From a virus: a DNA stretch of 43,711 bases. A program made the position numbers and the translations under genes. Below are positions 17,294-26,502 of this stretch, piece after piece. Position 1 is the first letter of the stretch. The number at the start of each line of letters is the position of its first letter. Location of the stretch: the IMG/VR virus record IMGVR_UViG_3300045988_142367, one strand, 5' to 3'. The notes beneath the pieces were generated by a model, which had not been told where the DNA came from, searched no databases, and worked only from the letters and a program-made list of their open reading frames with translations.

Positions 17294-17833
17294 TCAGAGT
17301 TTCTTCAGCTCCACCGGCGGGCCGACCTCAAGGTAATGATCCATCGAGGCGGTGATCATCTCGAAGATCTCCTTGGAACGCTTCCGTATCTCGTCGATGA
17401 GTTTGGCGTTGTGTGTCGCTCTCCAGTACCAGGTGCGGTTGAAGCGGTCATCGTGGGTCGATAGGCGATGCACAAAGTTATATTTCCAATGGGCGTTAAT
17501 ATTAGTGAACACCAAATCGAACCCTCCGTCTCGGTAAACGATGTAAATGTCTCCGAATATGTCCCCGACCCTGTTCCCGAACGCCACATTCCAGAACCGT
17601 CCGCGAAACTCTTTCCTATTGCGGTCGTGACAGAACCGAGAATACTCAAGACCCATGTCTGTTGATGGCCAGCCACTCAGAAAGCCATATAGATCCTTTT
17701 TATCCCTTCCGTCCATACTGTAAGTCTTCTTGAACGTAAGCGTATCCGGCTCCACGAGTTTCCTTCCGAAGCAAGTTCCGCAGCATCCGACCAGGAGCAA
17801 GACGATCGCCAAAATAACCTTTCTCATACTCAT
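17294..17833 (-). CDS. Signal-peptide-bearing exported protein or lipoprotein
   Basis: MSMRKVILAIVLLLVGCCGTCFGRK signal/lipobox-like N-terminus; inside the tail operon. Confidence 0.6.
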   Translation of the reverse strand: MSMRKVILAIVLLLVGCCGTCFGRKLVEPDTLTFKKTYSMDGRDKKDLYGFLSGWPSTDMGLEYSRFCHDRNRKEFRGRFWNVAFGNRVGDIFGDIYIVYRDGGFDLVFTNINAHWKYNFVHRLSTHDDRFNRTWYWRATHNAKLIDEIRKRSKEIFEMITASMDHYLEVGPPVELKKL

Positions 17834-17867
17834 TCAGAATTAATTGTCAGACAAGTCCTTGCAAAAA

Positions 17868-18251
17868 TCACTCCGTAACGGTGTCGTGGCGGAGGATGTC
17901 GAACTCCAGCTCCTCGTTCATGATCCTCCTCAGAGCCTCGTCCAACTGGTAGAAGGCGGTGTTCATCGTCCGAATCTCATTGTCGAACCTCCCGTCCATC
18001 AGCAACTCCTTCTTCTCGTACATCTGCTTTTCCCACTCCGAGAATCGATCTGCAATCTGGAAAAGTTCAATTCTGGTCTCGATGATGAAAGAGTCAGCCC
18101 CGATCTTGTGGCTTTCAGCGGCAGCAGCCGCGTTGTTTGAATTAGTGTATCGCATAACTAATTGTAAATAAATGTCCTCTGCTATAGGTCTGCGATACAT
18201 ACTGGAAGCCTTGCGGCTAGTACAGTCACGGCTTTCGCCAATGACGACCAT
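17868..18251 (-). CDS. Hypothetical helical protein
   Basis: 127 aa, same strand and spacing as the tail operon. Confidence 0.5.
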   Translation of the reverse strand: MVVIGESRDCTSRKASSMYRRPIAEDIYLQLVMRYTNSNNAAAAAESHKIGADSFIIETRIELFQIADRFSEWEKQMYEKKELLMDGRFDNEIRTMNTAFYQLDEALRRIMNEELEFDILRHDTVTE

Positions 18252-18407
18252 ACAGAGGACAAAAACTCTCTAAAAAATATGTCAGCAATCAATAACGGGA
18301 CAAAATCAGCCGCTAAAGAGTGCCATCCAATATGTATCGCACCACAAATATGCAACTTCGTTTTTCAATTTCCAAGAGTTTTGCGAATTTTTTGCGAAAA
18401 AAACGCA

Positions 18408-21400
18408 TTATCCGCCGTAAGTACCCCGACGTTTCGCCCTGTTGTACTTCTCCGTCTGCTCGATGATCCCGTTCTTCCCCAGCATCGACACATCCGCCTT
18501 GATAGGAACGGAGAGCCTTTTGTTCAGCAGCTCGATAGCCTCCAGCAACCTTTCATCTGTCGCTGACCTTGCCGAAGCGACATTCCCTCCGGACACCGAG
18601 CCGCTTCCGGTCACTGAGCCTGTCGAAGTGTTCGTAAACCCACCGCTTTCCCGACCGATAGCGGCTCCCACCGGATAAACCGCCTCGAAGTTCAGGCTCT
18701 TTAACGTCCCCGCTTTCCGCGCCTCCTCCATCGTTGCCACGAACGGCAACAAAGTCGGATTGCTCAACCCATCAGCCGGAATCACATATTCCCCGCCATT
18801 CTCACCCACAAGCACGGTAGGGGAGGAGACGAAGCCTCTCTTGTCAGGTGACAGCCGCGCCTTGAAGGCCTTTCCGTCCTGAGCCCGGCGAGTGTTCACG
18901 AAGCCGCCCTCCTCCGCACCGATCGGTTGCGCCGCGATCAATGCAGTCTGCGCCGCCCCGAAAGCGGCCACGATCGCGGCAGGGGCCGCACCGGCTGGCC
19001 AGCCCCATTGCGCCAAGGTCTTGGTGACCGACAAAGCCGTGTTGATGATGGACTGCACCAGATTGAGCGCTTTCGTCCTCTTTGCTTGTTTGATCTCCAT
19101 CTCCTCGCGCTTTGCCTCTTCCTCTGCTTCCATCTCCTCGACCCTCGCGTTGTACTGCTCCTGTGACACCAATCCGGCATCATATCTGGATTTCAGATCC
19201 TTCTTTTTCTTCTCGTTGTTCTTCTTGTACTCGTTGAATGCCTTGTTTTCCTTGGCGTTGGTAAGCTCGATCGCCTTGCTTGCCAGCTGGAAGCCCTCCT
19301 GAGCAAAACCACCAACGGCATTCAGGGCGATAGACAGGCTTTCCGCCTTGTCCTTGCCTGTCTTGAGGTTTGCGAAGAACTCGTTCCACTGATCCTGCGA
19401 GACACCAAAAAGGCTACCCTTGCCAGTGCCTGAAAACATACCGCCGTCGCTCTTTGCTTTTTTGATTGTCAATTCATCGATTTTCGCTTTTGTCTCTTCA
19501 AGTTTAAGGTTGTATTTTGTGAGATCCTCGGGTGACAATTCGATGCCGAGCGGGTTTTTCTCATCAACAAGTTTCTCCAACTCTATTTTAAGGTCTTGAA
19601 GATGCTTCAAATCCAAGTCCATAAGAGCAATGTCCCGTTCTTTCGTTAGGGTGGCCGCCTCTGCGGAATATGGCTTTTCCTTGACAAATTGTCCTGAATA
19701 TTCAGCCGTGACGGCTGCCCTCTTCTTCTTATACTCGCTTTCCGCTAAAGAAATACTCCTATCGAACGCCTCCTGCTTTATCTTCATCAAATTGTTCTGG
19801 TGCTTCTTCTCGATCGCCTCCAGCACCGCCGCCTGATTCTCGTACAGAACCTTGGTGTCCTTGAACTTCTTCAACTCGGCGGCGTACCTGGTCCCCTCCG
19901 CCGCAAGCGCCGCCTTGGTCTTGTCCGTCTCAGCCGCCGCAATGACAGCCGCACCCTCCTTGGCCAGCTCGCCAGCCTTCTTCTCGTTCTCCTGCTGCCT
20001 TTTCAGAGCGTCATCCGAATGCTTCTTGATCTTCTCCTGAAGGTCGCCCTCAATCTTCGACCGCGCCGCCCCGGAGTCCTTCCGCGTCGCCAGCCTCGCC
20101 GTCAGCGTCGCCACCTCCAGCTGATAGATCCTTTCGTCATATTCCTCCTGTGAGGAGATCTCCTTCTCGTTGTACCGCCTTGTCAGTTCCGCCTTGGCCG
20201 TCAGGAACGCCTCGTCATTGCTCAATGACCAGAGGGATTTGTTTTTTTGCGGATTTTGGAGGCTTGGTGGGTTTGATGGCGGTGTTGATCCCGACGGGGA
20301 GGAAGAGGAGGCGGCTCCGCCACCGGACGCATTCAGGTACTGGGCGGCGGCGAGGTCGAATCCTTCGAGGGCGTTCCTCGCTATGTTCAGTTTGTCGCCG
20401 CTGTAGTGCCACCAACGACTGAAGCCGCTTTGATTGTCGTAAGTCGCCTGAGCTTGGGACAATCCATTCTCGTATATTTTGCGGGCTTCTTTGATGTAGG
20501 ACTTCAAAACCTCCTCATTGCCGTGAAAATCTTCAAGTTTTCTGGCAAGATCCTCGGAAAAATCCTTATAGAAACTCTGTTTTGACCCAGATGACACCAG
20601 ATCAGAGGTTACCTCGATCAGTTTCGTCAGCCAGTCAATCACCTCTTTGATCGGACCTGTCGAATCCTTGAACGAGAGGATCAGCCCCTCCCATGCGGAC
20701 TGGAGCAGCTTGACGGAACCCTCGACCGTGTTGACCCTTTCCTCGGCTGTATTCTTCAGCACGCCGTTGACATCCTCAAGCGAATCCCTCAGAGCCAAGG
20801 CAGCGTCCGCTCCGTCAAGGAACGTGTTGAAGGCGGAGACAGACCTTTTGTCGGTCAGTTCCAACGTGGTGTTAAGGTCAACTCCCTGCGCCTTCAGCTG
20901 TCTCAGCCCGGACATCAGTTCAGGGAATGTGCTTACAGGCTTGCCTAAGGCCACCGCCAGCTTGCCGCTTGAGTCCGCGAGGTTAAGCAGGATGTTCCTT
21001 GTGGCAGTGGCCGCGGAAGAAGCGTCAAACCCGGCGTTGGCCAGTGTGCCGAGCAGGGCGACCGTGTCCCTGAGCGAGAAACCGAATGTCTTCGCCACCG
21101 GTCCGACCGTGGCCATCGCTGTCTGGTAGTAGGAGAAGCTCAGCGCGCTGTTGTTGGCTCCCTGCACCAGCACCCCGAGGGTGTCGGCGGTGTCTTTGGC
21201 GTCAAGCCCGAACATCCTCAGTGTCGCTCCCGCCATCGCCGCCGCTTCCGGGAGGGTGGTCCCGATGGCCGTGGCGAAGTGCAGGACGGACTCCTGCATC
21301 TGCATGATCTCACCCTCCTTGAAACCCAGCTTCGCGAGTTCTGTCTGGAGCAGCGTGACCTGCGAGGCGGTGTATTCAGTGGTCCGTCCAAGCTCCATCG

Positions 21401-22016
21401 CCGAATATGTCAGCGCCTCGATGTCCTTGACGTTCTTGCCGATGATGGTGGAGAGGTTGACGTTGGCCTGCTCGAAGTCCACTATCTTCTGGAACGCCCT
21501 CGCCACGCCTCTGACTGCCCCGGCGATAGCTGCGAATGCCGCCAAAGCTCCGGCCTTGACGCTTGACAATTTCTCAAGCGCACCCTTGGTCTGCCCGGAC
21601 TGTGAGGTAAGCTCTTTAAGCCTTGCCTTGGTCTGCTGGACCTCGGCATTAAGCTTCTTCCAGTTCTCCGTCCCGGGAACGGCCTTGCTAAGAGCCGTCT
21701 GCGTCAGTTTCAGATGGTTGCGGAGTTCGGCCAGCGTCTTGTTCTCAAGGGAAATGGCATCCCTGAGTTTATTGTATTTTTCCCGGCATTCCGTCAGGGT
21801 CTTCTCCTGGTCTTTCAGGGTCTTCGTCAGGTTCTGGTGTTCCTGTGAGCCGGTCTTGCCGGCTTTCTCAAGATTCTTGAGTTCAGTCCTGGTCCTTTTG
21901 GTCGAACTCTGCAAATCCTTCATCTGCCTGTCCAGCGCAAGCATCTCCTTCCTGCCGCCATCCCCGTTGACAATCAGGTTCAGCCGAAGATCCTCATCCG
22001 TAATTCTTTTAGCCAT
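18408..22016 (-). CDS. Tail tape measure protein
   Basis: 1202 aa; coiled-coil N-terminus, GRTTEYTASQVTLLQTELAKLGF ... ATAIGTTLPEAAAMAGATLRMFG tape-measure core, hydrophobic patches, long coiled coil. Confidence 0.9.
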   Translation of the reverse strand: MAKRITDEDLRLNLIVNGDGGRKEMLALDRQMKDLQSSTKRTRTELKNLEKAGKTGSQEHQNLTKTLKDQEKTLTECREKYNKLRDAISLENKTLAELRNHLKLTQTALSKAVPGTENWKKLNAEVQQTKARLKELTSQSGQTKGALEKLSSVKAGALAAFAAIAGAVRGVARAFQKIVDFEQANVNLSTIIGKNVKDIEALTYSAMELGRTTEYTASQVTLLQTELAKLGFKEGEIMQMQESVLHFATAIGTTLPEAAAMAGATLRMFGLDAKDTADTLGVLVQGANNSALSFSYYQTAMATVGPVAKTFGFSLRDTVALLGTLANAGFDASSAATATRNILLNLADSSGKLAVALGKPVSTFPELMSGLRQLKAQGVDLNTTLELTDKRSVSAFNTFLDGADAALALRDSLEDVNGVLKNTAEERVNTVEGSVKLLQSAWEGLILSFKDSTGPIKEVIDWLTKLIEVTSDLVSSGSKQSFYKDFSEDLARKLEDFHGNEEVLKSYIKEARKIYENGLSQAQATYDNQSGFSRWWHYSGDKLNIARNALEGFDLAAAQYLNASGGGAASSSSPSGSTPPSNPPSLQNPQKNKSLWSLSNDEAFLTAKAELTRRYNEKEISSQEEYDERIYQLEVATLTARLATRKDSGAARSKIEGDLQEKIKKHSDDALKRQQENEKKAGELAKEGAAVIAAAETDKTKAALAAEGTRYAAELKKFKDTKVLYENQAAVLEAIEKKHQNNLMKIKQEAFDRSISLAESEYKKKRAAVTAEYSGQFVKEKPYSAEAATLTKERDIALMDLDLKHLQDLKIELEKLVDEKNPLGIELSPEDLTKYNLKLEETKAKIDELTIKKAKSDGGMFSGTGKGSLFGVSQDQWNEFFANLKTGKDKAESLSIALNAVGGFAQEGFQLASKAIELTNAKENKAFNEYKKNNEKKKKDLKSRYDAGLVSQEQYNARVEEMEAEEEAKREEMEIKQAKRTKALNLVQSIINTALSVTKTLAQWGWPAGAAPAAIVAAFGAAQTALIAAQPIGAEEGGFVNTRRAQDGKAFKARLSPDKRGFVSSPTVLVGENGGEYVIPADGLSNPTLLPFVATMEEARKAGTLKSLNFEAVYPVGAAIGRESGGFTNTSTGSVTGSGSVSGGNVASARSATDERLLEAIELLNKRLSVPIKADVSMLGKNGIIEQTEKYNRAKRRGTYGG

Positions 22017-22028
22017 ATAGATAATTGT

Positions 22029-22397
22029 TTATTGTTTGCCCTGATCCGCCGCCTTTATCCGGGCGACGGCATCCTCCGTGAACTCGTACATCAGCCGTTC
22101 GGCGATGGAGGCGAAAGCACCGAAGACATAGCGATTGTGGATCTTGCGGTTGCTCTTTACGGACTTGCCGCCACGCTGGAGACGCTTCATATCCAGAAAA
22201 CGCTCGTAGGCCACGTGCACGAACGTCAAAGTCCCAGAAGCACCGCTCCCACCGGTCACCGAAACACTCCTGGACGACTCCAACCGCCCGGAACGCTTCT
22301 TGACCTTGGCCTCGATGGCCTTCCCCTGATTTCTCAGAAGCCGCTGCCCCTCATCCAGAAGGACCTCACTGACAAAACGCGCCCTGACATCCATCAC
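22029..22397 (-). CDS. Tail/connector hypothetical protein
   Basis: 122 aa immediately upstream of the tape measure. Confidence 0.55.
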   Translation of the reverse strand: MMDVRARFVSEVLLDEGQRLLRNQGKAIEAKVKKRSGRLESSRSVSVTGGSGASGTLTFVHVAYERFLDMKRLQRGGKSVKSNRKIHNRYVFGAFASIAERLMYEFTEDAVARIKAADQGKQ

Positions 22398-22849
22398 TCA
22401 AACGCAAGCTCGATGCTGTACCCGCTCCAACCACCGAACACACTCGACTCCGGAACCACATCCACCGAAGCCAGCGACAACCCCGTCACCAGACGACAGT
22501 TCTGACTCGAAGTCTCCTCCGTGATGTAAGCCAGAATCAAATCCGCAACCTCCAGAAGCCGTGAATACTGCTCATTCTCCGATTCCTCCGTCTTATCCAG
22601 CCCAAGCCCCTTCTCCAACACGAAGATCACCGTCCCCAACTCTTCCCGGAACGTGTCCGAATCCCCGCGCTGATGCACCTCCGGACGCGCCACGAGAACC
22701 TGCACACCCGAAAGATGCGCCAGCTTGGAAGTGGCGTCCGACTGCGCGGTCGTGCAAATCGGATCGATGTGCCCACAGCACCTGCAGGAGTGGATCTTCA
22801 ACCCCGAAAGGTACTCAGTGAGCCTTTGAAGCCTTGATAATCTGCTCAT
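22394..22849 (-). CDS. Tail/connector hypothetical protein
   Basis: Plausible start MSRLSRLQRLTEYLSGLKIH at 22849; the N-terminal 40 aa of the longer ORF (to 22969) are Arg/Cys-rich and overlap the neighbour. Confidence 0.5.
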   Translation of the reverse strand: MSRLSRLQRLTEYLSGLKIHSCRCCGHIDPICTTAQSDATSKLAHLSGVQVLVARPEVHQRGDSDTFREELGTVIFVLEKGLGLDKTEESENEQYSRLLEVADLILAYITEETSSQNCRLVTGLSLASVDVVPESSVFGGWSGYSIELAFE

Positions 22850-23702
22850 TTCTCTTCCTTTCCTTATAGTTATGCCACATAATCGACAACACCGAGAACA
22901 ACGGCTCCTCATCCACCCGGTCGATGTTTCCAAGCGTGTTCTCCTTGGCCACCTCGACCAACAAATCATTCCACCCGAAGCTTATTCCCGAACTTTTCTC
23001 ATCCCCGGCGAACAGCTTCGACAAATCAACCTCCTCCCCGTTAATCTCCAGAACACCCGACTGAAGGTACTTCAAGCAAGCCGCGAACCACATCATCACG
23101 AGATTCTTCTGCCACCCCTTCAACCTCGACGCTCTATGAATATGCCCACGTGCATTCCGTTGGTCCACATCCGGCACCATCCGACCTGCCCTGTTGGCCT
23201 TCCGGCAACGTCTTCTGTACAGGAAAGCGATGCATTCATCCAGATCCTCCGGCTCGTGGCTCCTAAAAAACCTGTTGATTGCGGCGGATGCGTGCCTGAA
23301 CTCCCCGAAAGTCAGATCCTGAAGCAGTTCCCCTGGACCGTACAGCCTCACAAGCCCCGACCGGACCACCGGCATCGGATTCGCGACCGAATCAAACGTC
23401 AACGCCGCCGACTCCTCCGAGAACAGAAACCCCAGAAACTTCTCACACATCCGATAGACATTCTCATCCCTGACAGAAGAAGAGCCATTGAATATGTCCG
23501 TGAACCATCCCTTGACAGTCCTCCGCACCCCGAGCAGCATCCAAAGCACCCTCACATTGAATTCCAACGGAGACTTTCCGTGCTTAAGGCACCACTCGAA
23601 GATCCGGAACACCCCACGCACCTGTTTCGGAGTCATCTCACTCCACGAACCAGGCACCTGTACGACCTTGCCGGTCTCGAAAACCTCAATCGTGTTCATC
23701 AC
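22815..23702 (-). CDS. Hypothetical protein, head-tail region
   Basis: 295 aa, overlapping gene starts/stops in a continuous operon. Confidence 0.55.
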   Translation of the reverse strand: MMNTIEVFETGKVVQVPGSWSEMTPKQVRGVFRIFEWCLKHGKSPLEFNVRVLWMLLGVRRTVKGWFTDIFNGSSSVRDENVYRMCEKFLGFLFSEESAALTFDSVANPMPVVRSGLVRLYGPGELLQDLTFGEFRHASAAINRFFRSHEPEDLDECIAFLYRRRCRKANRAGRMVPDVDQRNARGHIHRASRLKGWQKNLVMMWFAACLKYLQSGVLEINGEEVDLSKLFAGDEKSSGISFGWNDLLVEVAKENTLGNIDRVDEEPLFSVLSIMWHNYKERKRNEQIIKASKAH

Positions 23703-24622
23703 TCGGTGGTAAAGAATTTGTTCCGCCTGTCATTCACAGGCAAAAGCTTAGGATCCGCCTTATCTTCGCTGATCAGAGGCGACAAATCCGTCAAAGCGTC
23801 CTTGACCTCACTTTTCAGATTGCCGACATACCAGTCAATCTCATCCATCGTGGCCACACGGTTGGACTTGTTGCCCTGATAGGTAGGGGAGAACCGCCTT
23901 GCGATCTCGATAGGAAACACCTCAAGGCTCCACCTCGTTCCGGCCACGATCACCGCGCTGAGAATGGCCGCCCTTCTGGCCAGCGAGAGCACCCTTTCGT
24001 CAGCCGAGCCGTCGGCTATGGAAGCCCACTTATCCCCCGCGAACGGTCCTATCACCGCCCTTTGCCGCTCGATCACAAGCGCCTGGAGCAGATAATAGAC
24101 GTAGTAGCTTCCGTCGACGGGATAGACAGCCTCGAACTCCTGAATATTCCTGACAATGGATTCGCCCGTCATCGTCCTCTTGGCCGAAGTCTTCCAGTTC
24201 TCGTTGCCGGAAGTCTCCAAGTAGGTGTACAAAGCGTCCAGAGCCCTGAAATACCGCTCCCTCATCGCCCTGTCATCCCTATCTATCTGCCATTCGTAAG
24301 GACTTCTCTCATTGTCATCGATCTTGACCTTCCGTCCGGTCGATTCGTGTGACACGGATGAAAGCTTGGCGTAACGCATCAACGCAAGACACGCCACCGG
24401 AAGCCTCACAGCGGCCACGAGTTCCGGCTTCTCATCCTCATCGTAAGCCTCCGCGGCCTCCTTGACCACCTCCTGACTCACAAGCCGCGCCACCTCATCG
24501 GTGGCGAACCGGATTTCCGTCTCGATCAGCCTGAAAGGAGAGGAAGCGTACCATTGGCCGGTCAGATCCTCAAGTTCCTTGGAACCGTCCCGATTTCTGT
24601 TGAACAAATCCATCATATTCAC
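23699..24622 (-). CDS. Head-tail connector-region protein (DUF6712-like)
   Basis: 307 aa, directly downstream of the portal gene. Confidence 0.5.
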   Translation of the reverse strand: MNMMDLFNRNRDGSKELEDLTGQWYASSPFRLIETEIRFATDEVARLVSQEVVKEAAEAYDEDEKPELVAAVRLPVACLALMRYAKLSSVSHESTGRKVKIDDNERSPYEWQIDRDDRAMRERYFRALDALYTYLETSGNENWKTSAKRTMTGESIVRNIQEFEAVYPVDGSYYVYYLLQALVIERQRAVIGPFAGDKWASIADGSADERVLSLARRAAILSAVIVAGTRWSLEVFPIEIARRFSPTYQGNKSNRVATMDEIDWYVGNLKSEVKDALTDLSPLISEDKADPKLLPVNDRRNKFFTTE

Positions 24623-25977
24623 TGATTTTTAACCCTTGCCGATGAAGTCAAAGCGTCCTCCGCCTCCAACTGCTTGTGGAAGAATCCAAGTTTCAGCCCC
24701 TTTCCAGGGAAATTGAACGCTATCGCCTGGTTGACCGGCTCCAGAATCGTCTGAGAGGCGATCTCCGTGTCCGAAAGCAGGAACAGCTTGAAGGCATACA
24801 ACAATTCAGATCCAGATGCCAGCTTTCCGTTCACCATCACGTTCGACAGCGACGGATGCAGCCCCATTCCGGATGTGATCGCAGATGCCGAAGCCTCCGA
24901 GATCTTCAACTGAGCCTCCACAAAGTCCTTCATCTTCTGGTCTATCGCCTCCACGGACCAAGACACACGCCCTGCGCCGCTTTCAGACGGCATATCGAGC
25001 GAATAGAAGAACTTTCCAGCGTTCTCCTTGCCGCTGAGCACATCCTGCATCTGCAACAGCAGATCCTCCGTCAACCGGCTGATCTCGTTCTCCACCTTGG
25101 TGTCACCCCAAGTCGGATGAACCATCCTAAGACGGTCACGCTTTTCCTCCCAGTACTCCTTGGGAGCCTTCACCAGATAAGCAAGGTTGATTCCGTTGTC
25201 CGTCACGTACTTGAATATGGTCGGAATCTCCGAACCCTTGACAATCCAGCGCAACGCTCCCCAATACTGAGGCACAGCATAGAAATCCCTTGCGAATGAA
25301 TATGTGTGGTTGTACGATGCCGACGCTCCGAACCGTCCTGGATTCTTCCTGTCATAGACCGGATAGACCCTTACGCCCGTCCCCACGCAGGAATGCTCGA
25401 AATCCCCGACAACAATGTGTTTCACGTCCTTGATCTCCCTGCTGTCCGTCCACTCCAGCCTTGCGTTCTTTGAAGGAATATGCTCAAGATAGGCTATCTT
25501 TGGCTTCCTGCCTATTCTCCGGCCTTTCTCCAGATACTTGGCATCGAAGAACCCTTTCAGATGCAGGTAATCGGTCATACACCCCTTGATGTAGCTAATA
25601 TAGTCCCAGCTGTCCAGCCACGCCTGGATCTCCCTGTCCTCCTCCCAGTTATGCACGATGTTTCCTTCCTGGTAAGCCAACCGGTTCAGGAACACGCCCT
25701 GCCCGTAGAGAAGCCCCATCTGCCTTTCAAGGATTCCCGGACCAAGATTGTTTTCGTCCAGGATGTCCCTTAGGTGCACCGGCAGATTGTTGTCGTGGCC
25801 GAACGGCACGATCTTCTGTCCGCAAATCGTCTGGGGCAACTGTTCCCAGTTCCTCTGTTGCGCCATCCAAAACACGGAGTCCAGACTGCTGTCCCTCCTG
25901 TTGGAAAGCGCGAAAGCCCGGCCATCGTTCAGCCGCAGAACGGATGTGTGGTCGGATATTTTTTCGATTCTGCTCAT
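24619..25977 (-). CDS. Portal protein
   Basis: 452 aa; N-terminal IVPFGHDNNLPVHLRDILDENNLGPGILERQMGLLYGQGVFL and C-terminal QKMKDFVEAQLKISEASASAITSGMGLHPSLSNV; two genes downstream of terL. Confidence 0.75.
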   Translation of the reverse strand: MSRIEKISDHTSVLRLNDGRAFALSNRRDSSLDSVFWMAQQRNWEQLPQTICGQKIVPFGHDNNLPVHLRDILDENNLGPGILERQMGLLYGQGVFLNRLAYQEGNIVHNWEEDREIQAWLDSWDYISYIKGCMTDYLHLKGFFDAKYLEKGRRIGRKPKIAYLEHIPSKNARLEWTDSREIKDVKHIVVGDFEHSCVGTGVRVYPVYDRKNPGRFGASASYNHTYSFARDFYAVPQYWGALRWIVKGSEIPTIFKYVTDNGINLAYLVKAPKEYWEEKRDRLRMVHPTWGDTKVENEISRLTEDLLLQMQDVLSGKENAGKFFYSLDMPSESGAGRVSWSVEAIDQKMKDFVEAQLKISEASASAITSGMGLHPSLSNVMVNGKLASGSELLYAFKLFLLSDTEIASQTILEPVNQAIAFNFPGKGLKLGFFHKQLEAEDALTSSARVKNQ

Positions 25978-26246
25978 ACGAGTATCAGTTTTTGTCCGTT
26001 GAATGTCATCAGAAGCGGTTGGTAGAAACGCCTCGGCTCTCCGGTCTCCAGATCCGTGTAGCCCTCGATGATGTCAGCGTTCTTGTTGTGCTCCTTGGTT
26101 TCCCTATGTCTCAGCACCCCGCGCCGGACATAGACGATCCCGTCGCTTGTGCCTTTTGTGGGGTTATAGCTCATAAACGAGAAGCTGAAGCTCCTGTCTT
26201 CCTCTGACAGTCGCCTCATCTCCGTCAATGCTTCATATACGTTCAT
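25974..26246 (-). CDS. Hypothetical protein between terminase and portal
   Basis: 90 aa, 4-bp overlap with the portal gene. Confidence 0.55.
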   Translation of the reverse strand: MNVYEALTEMRRLSEEDRSFSFSFMSYNPTKGTSDGIVYVRRGVLRHRETKEHNKNADIIEGYTDLETGEPRRFYQPLLMTFNGQKLILV

Positions 26247-26450
26247 ATCACAAAGTTAGCCACCTCCCAAGACGATAAAAAGGACACCACACCCAACCCG
26301 GAAACTACAGCCCAAGGCTCGGCTATTTCAGCCAAACGGGCTTGTTTTGTGAATATATTCCCGTCAAAATCAAGTGGTTCAAAGCCTTGCACCCCGCCGC
26401 GGCAAAAACGCACTTTTTAGGACGCAAAAGAGCCCGGGCCGCGCAACGGA

Positions 26451-26468
26451 AGAATCGCAATTGCGATT
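26451..26468. promoter_or_regulatory. Perfect 18-bp palindrome GAATCGCAATTGCGATTC in the terL-portal intergenic region
   Basis: Read directly; flanking ggaa/ttcc extend the hairpin with one bulge. Confidence 0.5.
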
Positions 26469-26502
26469 CCTTCCCGAGGGTGATATATGGCGCACGCCCC
26501 GC

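Noticed and set aside
21151-22020. 289-aa plus-strand ORF
   Set aside because: Fully antisense to the tape measure gene; low-complexity Ser/Leu-rich product typical of shadow ORFs opposite GC-rich coding sequence.
22815-22969. Tail-chaperone programmed frameshift between adjacent ORFs
   Set aside because: The ORFs overlap, but no convincing slippery heptamer was seen and the order relative to the tape measure is not the usual adjacent G/GT layout.
22872-23879. 335-aa plus-strand ORF
   Set aside because: Antisense to two well-packed minus-strand genes; His/Arg/Pro-rich with no recognisable domain.
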